NCBI GenBank assembly: GCA_963705705.1
Contig: CAVPKK010000006.1
Coordinates: 64,001-128,000, forward strand
DNA length: 64,000 bases
Reading direction: 5' to 3'
Origin: an uncultured bacterium
Lineage (GTDB): Bacteria > Babelota > Babeliae > Babelales > JABCYS01
Shown here piece after piece: positions 28,953-38,588 of this stretch. The translations under genes were made by a program, and so were the position numbers. The notes under the pieces are model-generated. The model saw nothing but the letters and a program-made list of their open reading frames with translations, had not been told where the DNA came from and made no database searches. Position 1 is the stretch's first letter, and every line of letters begins with the position of its first letter.

Positions 28953-30092
28953 TTAAGCATATTTCGCACAATAGTTTGCAATGCCATCACAAATGCCGCG
29001 GGCCAGGAGATCCTGGTATGAAGCAGTATTCAGGCGGATTGCTTCTTGTTCGTTGGATACAAATCCTAATTCAATAAGCACTGATGGCATATTAGTGCCA
29101 AGCAATACCTGTGAAATCGCCGTTTTTACTTTTAAGTCCGGAACAGTGGGATAATGCCGATGAATGTTATCTAATGCAAATTGATGCACCGTTTGCGCAA
29201 GCAACGTACTTTGTTGGTCACGCCATACTTGTCGATCATAGCTAATTCCCTGATGGCCAGGCTGAATATCCATTATTAATGGCAATTTTAAACAATAGGT
29301 TTCTACTCCTGCCGTTGTTGGCTTTGGAGAACTATTGGCATGAATCGAAACGAAAAGATCGGCGCCCCATTCGTTGGCAAAGGTGGTACGCTCATCAAGC
29401 GGTACAAAAATATCATGCGCTCGGGTGGTCGCCACGGTAAAGCCAGCATGTTGCAAATTTTGGGCAACTTTCATGCCAACCTGATACACAATCTCTTTTT
29501 CCTTAATATTGAACTGACCAATAGCGCCATTATCCTCGCCACCGTGGCCTTGATCAATCACAATCCGGGTACTTTTAGATGCTAAACGATGAGGCGCAGA
29601 ATTATGCTCCTTTAATTGTTCTAGCACATCAAGATGATGTAGCTGGAAAACAACTCCCGGTTGCTGTTGGATGGATGCGAATGTGGTATAGGTAATGCGA
29701 ACTTTGCGTGGATCGAATGAGAACTGGAACATGATGCCATCAATAGGCGCTGTTACCTCTGACACAAGTACCTTGTACCATGGACCGCTTTGTATTTCAG
29801 TGCCGTTGGGCTGCTCTGTTCGTATTGCATGCGAAGCTTTATTCGCTCGTTCTATTGCCGAACGCGCTTCTGCTGTAGCAACTTTTGCCTTTGGAACCAT
29901 GAATTTGACCAATGCTTGGTCCTCAGCGATTTTACGCACCGGAATCAAATTTACATTCGGTCGGTCGCTGAAATAACAACCAATGCTGTCGGTAATGGCA
30001 CCGCGATGATAAAAGAAACGATTAAGTTTGTTATCTTGCGCCTGCGCTAATGTTGCGCACGTAAGCATAATTATTAATGTAATATAACGCAT
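28953..30092 (-). CDS. N-acetylmuramoyl-L-alanine amidase (Amidase_3)
   Basis: IVIDQGHGG, KEKE, FVSIHAN, PSVLIELGFVSN; signal peptide. Confidence 0.92.
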   Translation of the reverse strand: MRYITLIIMLTCATLAQAQDNKLNRFFYHRGAITDSIGCYFSDRPNVNLIPVRKIAEDQALVKFMVPKAKVATAEARSAIERANKASHAIRTEQPNGTEIQSGPWYKVLVSEVTAPIDGIMFQFSFDPRKVRITYTTFASIQQQPGVVFQLHHLDVLEQLKEHNSAPHRLASKSTRIVIDQGHGGEDNGAIGQFNIKEKEIVYQVGMKVAQNLQHAGFTVATTRAHDIFVPLDERTTFANEWGADLFVSIHANSSPKPTTAGVETYCLKLPLIMDIQPGHQGISYDRQVWRDQQSTLLAQTVHQFALDNIHRHYPTVPDLKVKTAISQVLLGTNMPSVLIELGFVSNEQEAIRLNTASYQDLLARGICDGIANYCAKYA

Positions 30093-30145
30093 AACTTCTC
30101 CCCTTTAGGTTAACGGTTACAAGCTCATGGTGTCAATTAAGGATC

Positions 30146-31168
30146 TTACGCGATTTCTGCATCAACCATGATCGCAAAATTGTGCCGCTTACCCCATGCT
30201 GTTAAAAATGAGTTTAAATCATACTTCACTACTGTCTTATCATCTGAATCAAAAGCCGAATCATGGCAAATAACTTTCTTGTGCCGCGCATCGTAGCCAA
30301 CTACCAGCATTAAATGCCCCGCGGTGTAACCCGTGGCTGCACCTTTTAGCGGACCTTGCACACTCACCATTACCGGCACGCCCCGCGTCAATTGGCGATG
30401 AAGATCGGCAAAAGAAGGTAATCGCATTAACCACCAAGCGCGGGAACACCCAGTTGCTTGGTAGGCAAATGCCACATTAAATGGCCAACTACCAAACGTG
30501 TCCAAGCCAGCGTCATATACTTCATTAGCTACCTGTACTGGATTAACCGGTGCTTGGGCCACATAGGCGAGTAACATACTCAATGCTGTAGGCGAACACA
30601 GATGCTGCGCTCTTGGATGTTGTAATACCATTTGGGAATATTTTGGCACATCTGAAACATGAACCGAATGTAATATCGGCGTCAACTTACGCCACGAATC
30701 TGGGGTAAAACGTTTAAGATCAGCAATATTTACAAAAAGCCCTTTCAGCTCGCCAAGATCTGCTCCATCGTGTGCTTCAACGCGAATTCTATACGCGTCG
30801 GCTAAACCAGGAACTTCTAAACGAACGTGCTTGCCCTGGGATTCACACTTTACCTCGCTTGCATATGAACGTTGTTTGCTATTGCCCCAATCGATCATAT
30901 GGTGCATGGCAAGCCAATGCTTATTTTTTGCACTCCGAGCTTGTACGAAGAAACTGAAATAACCGTTTGATGGTTTTAACGCATTCCAAGAAAAGATAAG
31001 CTGCGAAAAAGGCTGAGTATCAACCTGCAAGAAGGTCGCTTGTGACTTATTGTGAAATTGCGCACGCTCTGCAGAATCAAACTGCTTAGCGAAAAACCAA
31101 GTCCAATTGGGTTCTGCATATAATGAGGAAGCCAACAAAAGAGTTGTTAGCAAAATTCTAAATCTCAT
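30146..31168 (-). CDS. Secreted peptidase C39-like protein
   Basis: YSQ...LCSPTALSM (Cys), GHLMLVVGY (His), CHDS (Asp). Confidence 0.8.
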   Translation of the reverse strand: MRFRILLTTLLLASSLYAEPNWTWFFAKQFDSAERAQFHNKSQATFLQVDTQPFSQLIFSWNALKPSNGYFSFFVQARSAKNKHWLAMHHMIDWGNSKQRSYASEVKCESQGKHVRLEVPGLADAYRIRVEAHDGADLGELKGLFVNIADLKRFTPDSWRKLTPILHSVHVSDVPKYSQMVLQHPRAQHLCSPTALSMLLAYVAQAPVNPVQVANEVYDAGLDTFGSWPFNVAFAYQATGCSRAWWLMRLPSFADLHRQLTRGVPVMVSVQGPLKGAATGYTAGHLMLVVGYDARHKKVICHDSAFDSDDKTVVKYDLNSFLTAWGKRHNFAIMVDAEIA

Positions 31169-31343
31169 AATGTCCTTAATGAAAATCATATTTTACGCTT
31201 TCCCACGCCGTTGCATGTATCTAAGTGTTTTACAACGCAAGAAGCTTTTGCGGATTCCGCTTTGATGTAAAGCTTCAGTATACTATCATTAGTGTCCTGA
31301 TATTAGCGTACTTAAAACCCTTTTCGTAAAACAAGGAATTGTA

Positions 31344-32594
31344 ATGGATCATAGCCGCAATGCTTTGGGCAAGCGCACCTTAGGCATTTTGCTGTTCGCT
31401 AGCGTTTTTTGCCTTGTAATACATAATGCTTTTGCACGGTCAACAAATACCAAAGAAACTAATCCCCCGCGGTATGCTTTATGTATTGTTCCGGTCGCTG
31501 ACGTTTTGGGCGGGCCGATTTCATCTGAAAATCTTGATTGGTACCAACAAAAAATATGCGCAGATAATTTGAGTGGAACCTGCAGACGTATTGATCAGCT
31601 ATTATTTAACGAGGTTGCCGAGATACAGCAGATATATAGAAATGGGGAACAAGTCTGCATAAAACTACCCGGGAAAATATTTGAAACGCATAGCTCTACC
31701 ACGCCACAAACTAATGGCTGGGTGCTGGGTAGCAATGTGCGCATTCTCAACAATGAAGATATTGTAGACAAGTTACCAGCGCCGCTATCTCTTAAGAAAT
31801 CAGCTTTTCCAAACTCACTTCACAATACTGTAACCCTCAAAAAGCCTGTTACCATACCCGGGGCAAGAACTGATTTTTCTTCTGGCACTCGTTTTGTAAT
31901 TAAGAATCACGGAAAGAATACATATGAGGTCTGGTGGTTCAATCCAACTACTAATGCCATCGACACGCTTAACATACCTACACAATATTGTATTGCCTAT
32001 GATGAAAATCTCTCGCCAAATGCGCGTCGACAATTAATGGTTGATATTGCACGCAGCTTCATACATCGCGCGGGTGAAGTTCCTTACGTATGGGGCGGCT
32101 GTAGCATGATTCATGGTTGCCATGATCAAGTTAACCAAAAGCTGGCGATGTCTCCCAAATCCGGCGAACCGATTATTTTTGATCGCAATCAACCGGAAGT
32201 ACCACGAACTGGTTTTGATTGCTCTGGTCTCATATTGCGAACGGCAAACATGGCTGGAATACCGCTCTTTTATAAAAATAGTATTACTATGGCGCGGCAT
32301 TTACGGGAAATAACAGATATCAACGATCTTAAAATTGGCGATGTTATTTGGATACCCGGCCACGTCATGATGGTCAGTTCGTTGGATAAAAATCTACTTA
32401 TTGAAGCGCGGCATTATATGCACGGCTATGGCCGTGTACATGAAATACCATTGGATGAAGAATTTGCTGGTATAAAAACATATAAAGATTTATTGGCCTC
32501 AATGAAGCAAAAAAAACCTATTATTCGCAAGGCTCGAAATGGAACTGAAACCGGGAAATTACGAGAAATTAAGCTACTGTCATTAATGGATTAA
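31344..32594 (+). CDS. NlpC/P60 (C40) cell-wall endopeptidase with SH3-like N-terminal domains
   Basis: PYVWGG, GFDCSGL, PGHVM; signal peptide. Confidence 0.85.
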   Translation: MDHSRNALGKRTLGILLFASVFCLVIHNAFARSTNTKETNPPRYALCIVPVADVLGGPISSENLDWYQQKICADNLSGTCRRIDQLLFNEVAEIQQIYRNGEQVCIKLPGKIFETHSSTTPQTNGWVLGSNVRILNNEDIVDKLPAPLSLKKSAFPNSLHNTVTLKKPVTIPGARTDFSSGTRFVIKNHGKNTYEVWWFNPTTNAIDTLNIPTQYCIAYDENLSPNARRQLMVDIARSFIHRAGEVPYVWGGCSMIHGCHDQVNQKLAMSPKSGEPIIFDRNQPEVPRTGFDCSGLILRTANMAGIPLFYKNSITMARHLREITDINDLKIGDVIWIPGHVMMVSSLDKNLLIEARHYMHGYGRVHEIPLDEEFAGIKTYKDLLASMKQKKPIIRKARNGTETGKLREIKLLSLMD

Positions 32595-32602
32595 AAGAAA
32601 AT

Positions 32603-32634
32603 AAAAAGAGCGCCTCAGTTAAGAAGCGCTCCTT
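32603..32634. terminator. Terminator between convergent genes
   Basis: GAGCGC...GCGCTC stem with A-tract on the left. Confidence 0.5.
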
Positions 32635-32648
32635 CAAGCTAAGCCTTT

Positions 32649-34322
32649 TTATGGGGTGACACTTAAATTTTCAAGATTCGGATCTGTTGAAGGATTCGGA
32701 GTAGATCCAAGCGTCCAGTCACGAATTGGTGTGCCCATAGGGACTGTATAGTTCGCTACGCTACTCGTACGAACAGTGTTTTTTGTATACATGTTGGTTA
32801 CATTTACCATTGAATCCGCATCATAGATTCCGTACGTATGATCAGCCACAATATTATTGGAAATGATGCAATTTGTTGAGGGAACTCCACCAATAGCTGA
32901 ACTAGTTACCTCAATTCCGTAATCACCGTTAGCAATACTTTCGCAATTGATGATTTCGCCATTAACTTGTCCACTCAACTGGAAACCGCCAGAAACTCCT
33001 GTGCCGCCGGTGGTAGCCAAAGTATTATTCGTAGCTACACAATCTTCGAATTTAACATTGGAACCTGTCCCGCCTCCATCAGGTGCAGTATAAAAACCAT
33101 ATGCTACCCCGTTGGAAGGGAACGTAGTAGTGTTTATATTGCTTTGTGCAACGGAATTTTTACAGACAACATTGCTGCAAAGACGGATACGGAAACCGCC
33201 TGCAAAATTTCCTGTTCCGGAATTTCCATCGGCAGTACAGCCCGTAATGTTTATCCCATCACAACCGTATAATGACCATCCAACAGAATCATTGGTTCCA
33301 GCCGCACCTCCTGCAGGTGTAAATGATGAATTGCCATTTGCAACACAATTATCAAACGTCAAATTCTTGACGAACGTAAATGAAAATCCTTCAGCTTCTG
33401 AGAAACTTTGTTCTGTTCCCATAGATGTATTACTGTTGGCCTGGCAATTGAAAAAAGCAATATTCTCATGAAACGTATTAGGCCCACTAAAATCGAAGGC
33501 GAAGGCACCTACCGTTTTGCTGTCACCAGGTCCGCCATTGAAGTTGAATGTCGAATCCCAAAAGTAAATGTTTTTGCATGGGGATGCACCGGATATGGAA
33601 AATCCAAGTGATAAAGGAAATGAGCCGACTCCACCAATTTGATTTCGATCGAAATTGCAGTTTCGAGCATAAAGACCATCGGTACTTCCATCAACAGTTA
33701 GTCCCGAATAAAAGTTATACAAGCAGCGGACATTATCCAAGAAAATATCGTTTACGTTATTAAGTTCAATACCTGCATTGAACTGATCGGGGGTTCCGCA
33801 TGACAATACGTCTATCGATGAAAGGCTGAGGTTATTTACTGATTGGGCAACGATTCCTTCACCAAGGAAGCTATCTACTTGACCATTCATAACGGTAATA
33901 TTATTAATAAAGCCGGCCGCGAGAGGGTTGATACTAATTCCGAAGGCCGGTATAACATTTCCTGCTGCTTCTGATAAACGAAATTGGCTCAAATCTAATA
34001 CCACATTATCGGATAAGATTGCTATAGCAACGTTATCTAGACCGTCCGCATCTAGGGGATTAAAAGCAACATCTCCACGCAAGCAATAAACACCGGGTTG
34101 ATCAATAATATAGGTCTTTGAGAGAACGCCATTTGCATCAGCGAAATCCGATGGAAGTATCGTTGTACATTTGCAGGAACAATCAAGCAATGTCTCAAGA
34201 TCTTCTGTGATCTCGCATAAGGTTTCCTTGATGCAATTACTGCGGCAATCGGCAGCATTGACTTGTGCAAATAGGAATGCAGCGCTCATTGTGAGATGCA
34301 TTATTTGTTTGATGATCCTCAT
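32649..34322 (-). CDS. Secreted right-handed parallel beta-helix repeat protein
   Basis: Signal peptide; IDQPGVYCL...NVVLDL start; repeated NxxFxNCxAxxN...GF units. Confidence 0.85.
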   Translation of the reverse strand: MRIIKQIMHLTMSAAFLFAQVNAADCRSNCIKETLCEITEDLETLLDCSCKCTTILPSDFADANGVLSKTYIIDQPGVYCLRGDVAFNPLDADGLDNVAIAILSDNVVLDLSQFRLSEAAGNVIPAFGISINPLAAGFINNITVMNGQVDSFLGEGIVAQSVNNLSLSSIDVLSCGTPDQFNAGIELNNVNDIFLDNVRCLYNFYSGLTVDGSTDGLYARNCNFDRNQIGGVGSFPLSLGFSISGASPCKNIYFWDSTFNFNGGPGDSKTVGAFAFDFSGPNTFHENIAFFNCQANSNTSMGTEQSFSEAEGFSFTFVKNLTFDNCVANGNSSFTPAGGAAGTNDSVGWSLYGCDGINITGCTADGNSGTGNFAGGFRIRLCSNVVCKNSVAQSNINTTTFPSNGVAYGFYTAPDGGGTGSNVKFEDCVATNNTLATTGGTGVSGGFQLSGQVNGEIINCESIANGDYGIEVTSSAIGGVPSTNCIISNNIVADHTYGIYDADSMVNVTNMYTKNTVRTSSVANYTVPMGTPIRDWTLGSTPNPSTDPNLENLSVTP

Positions 34323-34352
34323 TGGATCTCCTTCAGTTTGGTTGATATAAAC

Positions 34353-34396
34353 AAAAAAACGCCATCTCGAGTATCAACTACTTCTCGAGATGACGT
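34353..34396 (-). terminator. Intrinsic terminator in the 5' leader of the beta-helix gene (possible attenuator)
   Basis: Minus strand ACGTCATCTCGAG-12 nt loop-CTCGAGATGGCGT then T-tract, ~30 nt before the start codon. Confidence 0.75.
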
Positions 34397-34494
34397 GAAA
34401 CTATTTCGGTACGATTCATTTGAAGGCAAGCTACAGTGGGAAATTGTGTGTGTGATATCACACGTTGCGCGATATGCACGTTAATGAAAATCAT
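34378..34494 (-). CDS. Putative 38-aa leader peptide (uORF)
   Basis: GGAAG upstream; MIFINVHIAQRVISHTQFPTVACLQMNRTEIVSRHLEK; stop codon falls in the terminator loop. Confidence 0.35.
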   Translation of the reverse strand: MIFINVHIAQRVISHTQFPTVACLQMNRTEIVSRHLEK

Positions 34495-34662
34495 AACTAC
34501 TTCCAGGCGCATGACTATGCGCACATTATTTAACCGCTCAATTTTCTTTAATAAACTTAATTGATTTTTTGATTTAAGAACAAGAGTTTGTTTGTATATG
34601 CTGAAATATGCTTTTTAGAAAGCCATTTTCACAATACACGAACTTTTTTAAAGATAAGAATA

Positions 34663-35241
34663 TTAAATTTTAGGAATGCGAATTTTGCTTATCATTAATA
34701 ATGATAATACAACGAGAAGAGCACTGAGCCCACGAGAAGAAACTAACCAAGGAGCATGCTGAGCAATCTGCTCTTGGAATACGAGAAGAGTGGAAATCAT
34801 GAAGGCTGCACAGGTAGTTGGCAGGCCATTGAAATGCTGATTATTTGTGCTGGCATTAAAACGAGCAAGTCGATACAGCCCCGCGCAGAGGTAAAGGACT
34901 AAGCTGGCGATGCCTAACCGTGAAATTACTATTGATTGGCTATAAATGAGAACAACCGGCGCCAAGCAAAATGATACGCCGTCAGCTAAAGAATCAAGTT
35001 CGCAGCCGATGTCGCTGGTCACATTTAATGCACGAGCAATTCGGCCATCAATACCATCGAAAAAAACAGAACCAAGGAGGCACAATGCCCCTTTTGTAAT
35101 TTCGCCTTCAACGGCGTAAAGAATTGCAAAAAGGCCAAGGGCCGCATTTGCGAATGTTAATAGTTGTGGAATGGCTCGAGCGATGAGCCGATCTTGCTTA
35201 GTTCGGGCACGTACCTGACGTAATATTAATCTAGCGTTCAT
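34663..35241 (-). CDS. pssA: CDP-diacylglycerol--serine O-phosphatidyltransferase
   Basis: DGIDGRIAR...G.ELDSLADGVSF, RLARFN, FNGLP; adjacent to psd. Confidence 0.9.
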   Translation of the reverse strand: MNARLILRQVRARTKQDRLIARAIPQLLTFANAALGLFAILYAVEGEITKGALCLLGSVFFDGIDGRIARALNVTSDIGCELDSLADGVSFCLAPVVLIYSQSIVISRLGIASLVLYLCAGLYRLARFNASTNNQHFNGLPTTCAAFMISTLLVFQEQIAQHAPWLVSSRGLSALLVVLSLLMISKIRIPKI

Positions 35242-35317
35242 ATCGAAATCCTTTCGATACGCAAACTGCGCGGCGCTCGGTTGGCTGCTATTGCAGCCAC
35301 ACTCACTTTGCTGGTTT

Positions 35318-35974
35318 TCATAGGCTCAGACCTCCGATCACTGTTTGACCGCCGTATACCCGCTCACCAACGCGCACGGCAAGTGCAGCATTTGCGGGTA
35401 GGAATAGATCAATCCTTGATCCGAATTTAATCATACCATAAGGCGTCGCCGTTTTCATAGAGTCGCCCTGTTTTGCCCAGCAAACAATACGCCGAGCTAC
35501 CGTTCCGGCAATCTGTCGAACAAGGATAGAGCCGTGTTCAGTATTCAATATAACGTCATTCCGCTCATTAAGCTCAGAGCTTTCGGGCGCCCAGGCGACT
35601 TTAAAAAGGCCTGATTTATGCTCCACCGATTCTATGTCTCCTGCAGCTGGAGTCCAGTTTACATGTACATCCATAGGGGAGAGGAAGATGGAAACGCGGT
35701 AGGTATATCGCCCTTCTAGGGTACCCGTCGGGTCGTGAATAATATCGACTACCTTGCCATCGGATGGGGAAATGATAGCGCCACGATTATCGAATAGTTT
35801 TGGTCGACGCGTCGGGAAGCGAAAAAAATAGACGGAAAAAATGAAGAATACTAATAATGGGATTAATAAGGCAGGGAATAACAAGCCGAGGAGGGGAATG
35901 GGCAATAGAGTAGCCAGAAGGATTGCGCGGCCTTCTGTCCAGAGCAGGTTATTTTTAATGTATGTGTCTAACAT
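35318..35974 (-). CDS. psd: Phosphatidylserine decarboxylase proenzyme
   Basis: FFRFP, SPSDGKV, SIFLSPMDVHVN, RQIAG, IKFGSR self-cleavage site. Confidence 0.92.
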   Translation of the reverse strand: MLDTYIKNNLLWTEGRAILLATLLPIPLLGLLFPALLIPLLVFFIFSVYFFRFPTRRPKLFDNRGAIISPSDGKVVDIIHDPTGTLEGRYTYRVSIFLSPMDVHVNWTPAAGDIESVEHKSGLFKVAWAPESSELNERNDVILNTEHGSILVRQIAGTVARRIVCWAKQGDSMKTATPYGMIKFGSRIDLFLPANAALAVRVGERVYGGQTVIGGLSL

Positions 35975-36023
35975 GGTGCTTAACCTATTATGGTGCTTAA
36001 CCTATTATGGTGCTTAACCTATT
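35973..36023. repeat. Tandem repeat 3 x 17 bp over the psd translation start
   Basis: ATGGTGCTTAACCTATT at 35973, 35990 and 36007. Confidence 0.95.
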
Positions 36024-36036
36024 AAGGTATTGTAAA

Positions 36037-36110
36037 TGCGCTCGGCTGGAATTGAACCAGCGGCCTACAAGTTAGGAACCTGTCGCTCTATCCGACTGAG
36101 CTACGAGCGC
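36037..36110 (-). tRNA. tRNA-Arg(CCT)
   Basis: GCGCTCG acceptor stem, anticodon arm ACAGG-TTCCTAA-CTTGT, GGTTCAATTCC T-arm; CCA not encoded. Confidence 0.93.
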
Positions 36111-36197
36111 TGAGTTAGTTCCATTTAGCGAGCTTACCCAATTCTGATTGACTGCCTCCAGATACTTAACCGCTCAGCGGGTCCAGGGCAAATGCCT

Positions 36198-36273
36198 TGG
36201 TGCGCCCGAAAGGACTCGAACCTTTAACCTACGGTTCCGAAGACCGGCGCTCTATCCATTGAGCTACGGGCGC
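36198..36273 (-). tRNA. tRNA-Arg(TCG)
   Basis: GCGCCCG acceptor stem, anticodon loop CTTCGGA, GGTTCGAGTCC T-arm, encoded CCA. Confidence 0.93.
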
Positions 36274-36413
36274 ATATTTCATACATTTAAAGGGACCAAA
36301 GTTTTACCAGAAAATAAGTTTTTAGCTACTACGATAACTTCTTCGTGGTCACTTACAGAAAAAAGGACGCTTTTTTACAAGCGTCCCCAAAAGATAATTC
36401 TTATTAAACCCAG

Positions 36414-37268
36414 TTATTTTAGATATTTGGCAACATTTTTTTGATGGCCACGTCGACATGCTAACTCATAAGGTGTTAGTCCATGATTATCTCGAGCATT
36501 AAGGTCGGCACCAGCCGCTATTAGCAGTCTTATAATTTTCTTTGCTTTATCTTTTGAATAATAGACCAGAAGTGGCAGGCCGAAAAAACTCTCGTCAAAG
36601 CCCCGTTCGGCCATGTCATGTAAGGCAGTATATCCGTTTACCCCTTTATCCTTTTCATTTGGATTAGTGCCTAAATTAAGAAGAAGTCGTACTAATTCCA
36701 CATCTCCCATCCAAGTTGCATGTCGCAAGTGCATTCCAAGATCGGAGGCTTTAGCTTCATGTGCCAGAAGTAATTCTACAATTGGTAAATTATTGCCTCC
36801 TATGGCACTACTAATTGCAAGATCCAAAACTGTGCGGCCAGCTGAAATAAATCCACTCTTCCTATCGGTTGGAACGCTTTTAGCATTTATATTGGCCCCA
36901 GCGGCAAGCAAAATATTCAAATTATTTTTTCTCCAAGAAAGATCCGCTGCTGCCCAATGGGAAGAAGCCGCCCACATCAGTGCCGTTTCCCCTGAATCAT
37001 TTTGCGCATTAACGTCAGCGCCCGCGTTCAAAAGCATATTCAATAAATCTACGGTAAGAACATAGTGGCGCAACGCAAAAATAATGGTTGTATCACCAAC
37101 TTCATTTCTGGCATTTCCATTTGCGCCCGCAGCGATAAGCTTTGCCACTTCCTGTATTTGCCCGCCAGCCCCAATTGACTTGAATAGTGCCTCATCTAAG
37201 GATTGATTTTCAGCAATTAAAGCGCTACACAAACCCATTGTCAGAATAATTTTGGAAATTGCATTCAT
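36414..37268 (-). CDS. Secreted ankyrin repeat protein
   Basis: Signal peptide; LLNAGADVNAQNDSGETALMWAA, GYTALH, GADLNARDNHGLTP. Confidence 0.92.
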   Translation of the reverse strand: MNAISKIILTMGLCSALIAENQSLDEALFKSIGAGGQIQEVAKLIAAGANGNARNEVGDTTIIFALRHYVLTVDLLNMLLNAGADVNAQNDSGETALMWAASSHWAAADLSWRKNNLNILLAAGANINAKSVPTDRKSGFISAGRTVLDLAISSAIGGNNLPIVELLLAHEAKASDLGMHLRHATWMGDVELVRLLLNLGTNPNEKDKGVNGYTALHDMAERGFDESFFGLPLLVYYSKDKAKKIIRLLIAAGADLNARDNHGLTPYELACRRGHQKNVAKYLK

Positions 37269-37513
37269 ACGTTGCCTGCTTGATTTATCAAATGCGACTG
37301 ATTTAATGTTTTTTATTATGGACAGACAAGCCCATTTGTAAAATGGTATTTGGTGGCGCTAGACCATTAGAAACTATTTTGAGGGGACTCCACATCCAAT
37401 TAGAAATGGAACCAATGGTCTAGACCCTAATCCACCAACTGCTTAAGTAAACGCAGATATTCCTGATGACTTTCGTAGACTGCGAACGAGATAAAATTAA
37501 GAAATGCCTGATT

Positions 37514-38587
37514 TTAAGATAACGGCTCTAAAATAACTTCGTTGCCTCGACGTATATCGAGATGGTCAAAATTCTTTTCGAGATAGGTTACCAATTCCTG
37601 GGCCTTTTTGCTGCCGGGCACGCCTTTAATAGTAGCGAGCTTTTTAGCGACCGAATAAATGTTTTTAATGATTGCTGGCTTGCCAATTTCTTGGCTTACC
37701 GCCGCACGATTTTCCTTGGGCATCTCATTAAGCATTTGCTCAACCATATTTTTTACTTCTTTAGGCACAGCCTCGCGACGTGATGGGCCCTTTTTACCTT
37801 TGTTCCCTTTTAGAAACTCAAGCCCATGCTTTATTACACTCGCATCTCGTGCGCATAAGCCATAAACTTCCATTTTGATAAACGATAGTTCCTTATTTTT
37901 GGATGCCACTTGGCCAAATAGCAGATGTGATTTATTGGCCGGCAGAAGCTTTTCTAAATCACCATTTCCATATCTCATGTCGACACCAAACTGGCCATAC
38001 GCATCTTGCATCTCAGGGAAATGACTTGAATGTCGCTCGTAGGCAAAACAATTTTGGCTAATATATTTTGGATTACGCTTACCATTGGCTAAAGAGTCAT
38101 TGGCTTTTTTTGCGTAATCGAACAGGAAATTAAATACCTTATGGCCCTTATCTTCGAAAACGATCGTACCGCCAGTAAAACCTTCGCCCTGGCGAACTGC
38201 CTTATCAAATAAGGCCCAGGAAAGAGCAATAATCGCATTCAAATAATCTTTCTGAATTTCGGCAAACGGCTTATCAAATTTAACCGGAATCTTATCCATG
38301 GTTCCGGCCATAATTGCCTTAAGATAATCATTCCCCTTCTTAATCGCTGCTTGTGCCAACGCTTCATTCTTGGCATCTAATGCGTATTCAGGCGACTGGT
38401 CTTTAAGAAAAGCAACGGTTGAGCGCACTGCGGTCTTTTGCAATGGCAATGTTTCTACTTCATTGGCACTCTCGGTCTGCTCCACCTCGTGCTGCTCTTG
38501 ATATTCCTGAGGCTGTGCACCTTCTGTTTTTCCTATTAGCACTGGCGAATAAGCTAACAAACAAAAAATCCAATAGTTCTTAAACAT
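37514..38587 (-). CDS. Secreted hypothetical protein
   Basis: AAGGAA RBS, start MFKNYW with signal peptide; enzyme-like segments ERHSSHF, QFGVD, HLLFG, KMEVYG, RRGNE. Confidence 0.7.
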   Translation of the reverse strand: MFKNYWIFCLLAYSPVLIGKTEGAQPQEYQEQHEVEQTESANEVETLPLQKTAVRSTVAFLKDQSPEYALDAKNEALAQAAIKKGNDYLKAIMAGTMDKIPVKFDKPFAEIQKDYLNAIIALSWALFDKAVRQGEGFTGGTIVFEDKGHKVFNFLFDYAKKANDSLANGKRNPKYISQNCFAYERHSSHFPEMQDAYGQFGVDMRYGNGDLEKLLPANKSHLLFGQVASKNKELSFIKMEVYGLCARDASVIKHGLEFLKGNKGKKGPSRREAVPKEVKNMVEQMLNEMPKENRAAVSQEIGKPAIIKNIYSVAKKLATIKGVPGSKKAQELVTYLEKNFDHLDIRRGNEVILEPLS

Positions 38588-38588
38588 G

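Noticed and set aside
35973..36023. CRISPR array
   Set aside because: 17-bp units are directly adjacent with no spacers, and no cas genes are in the window
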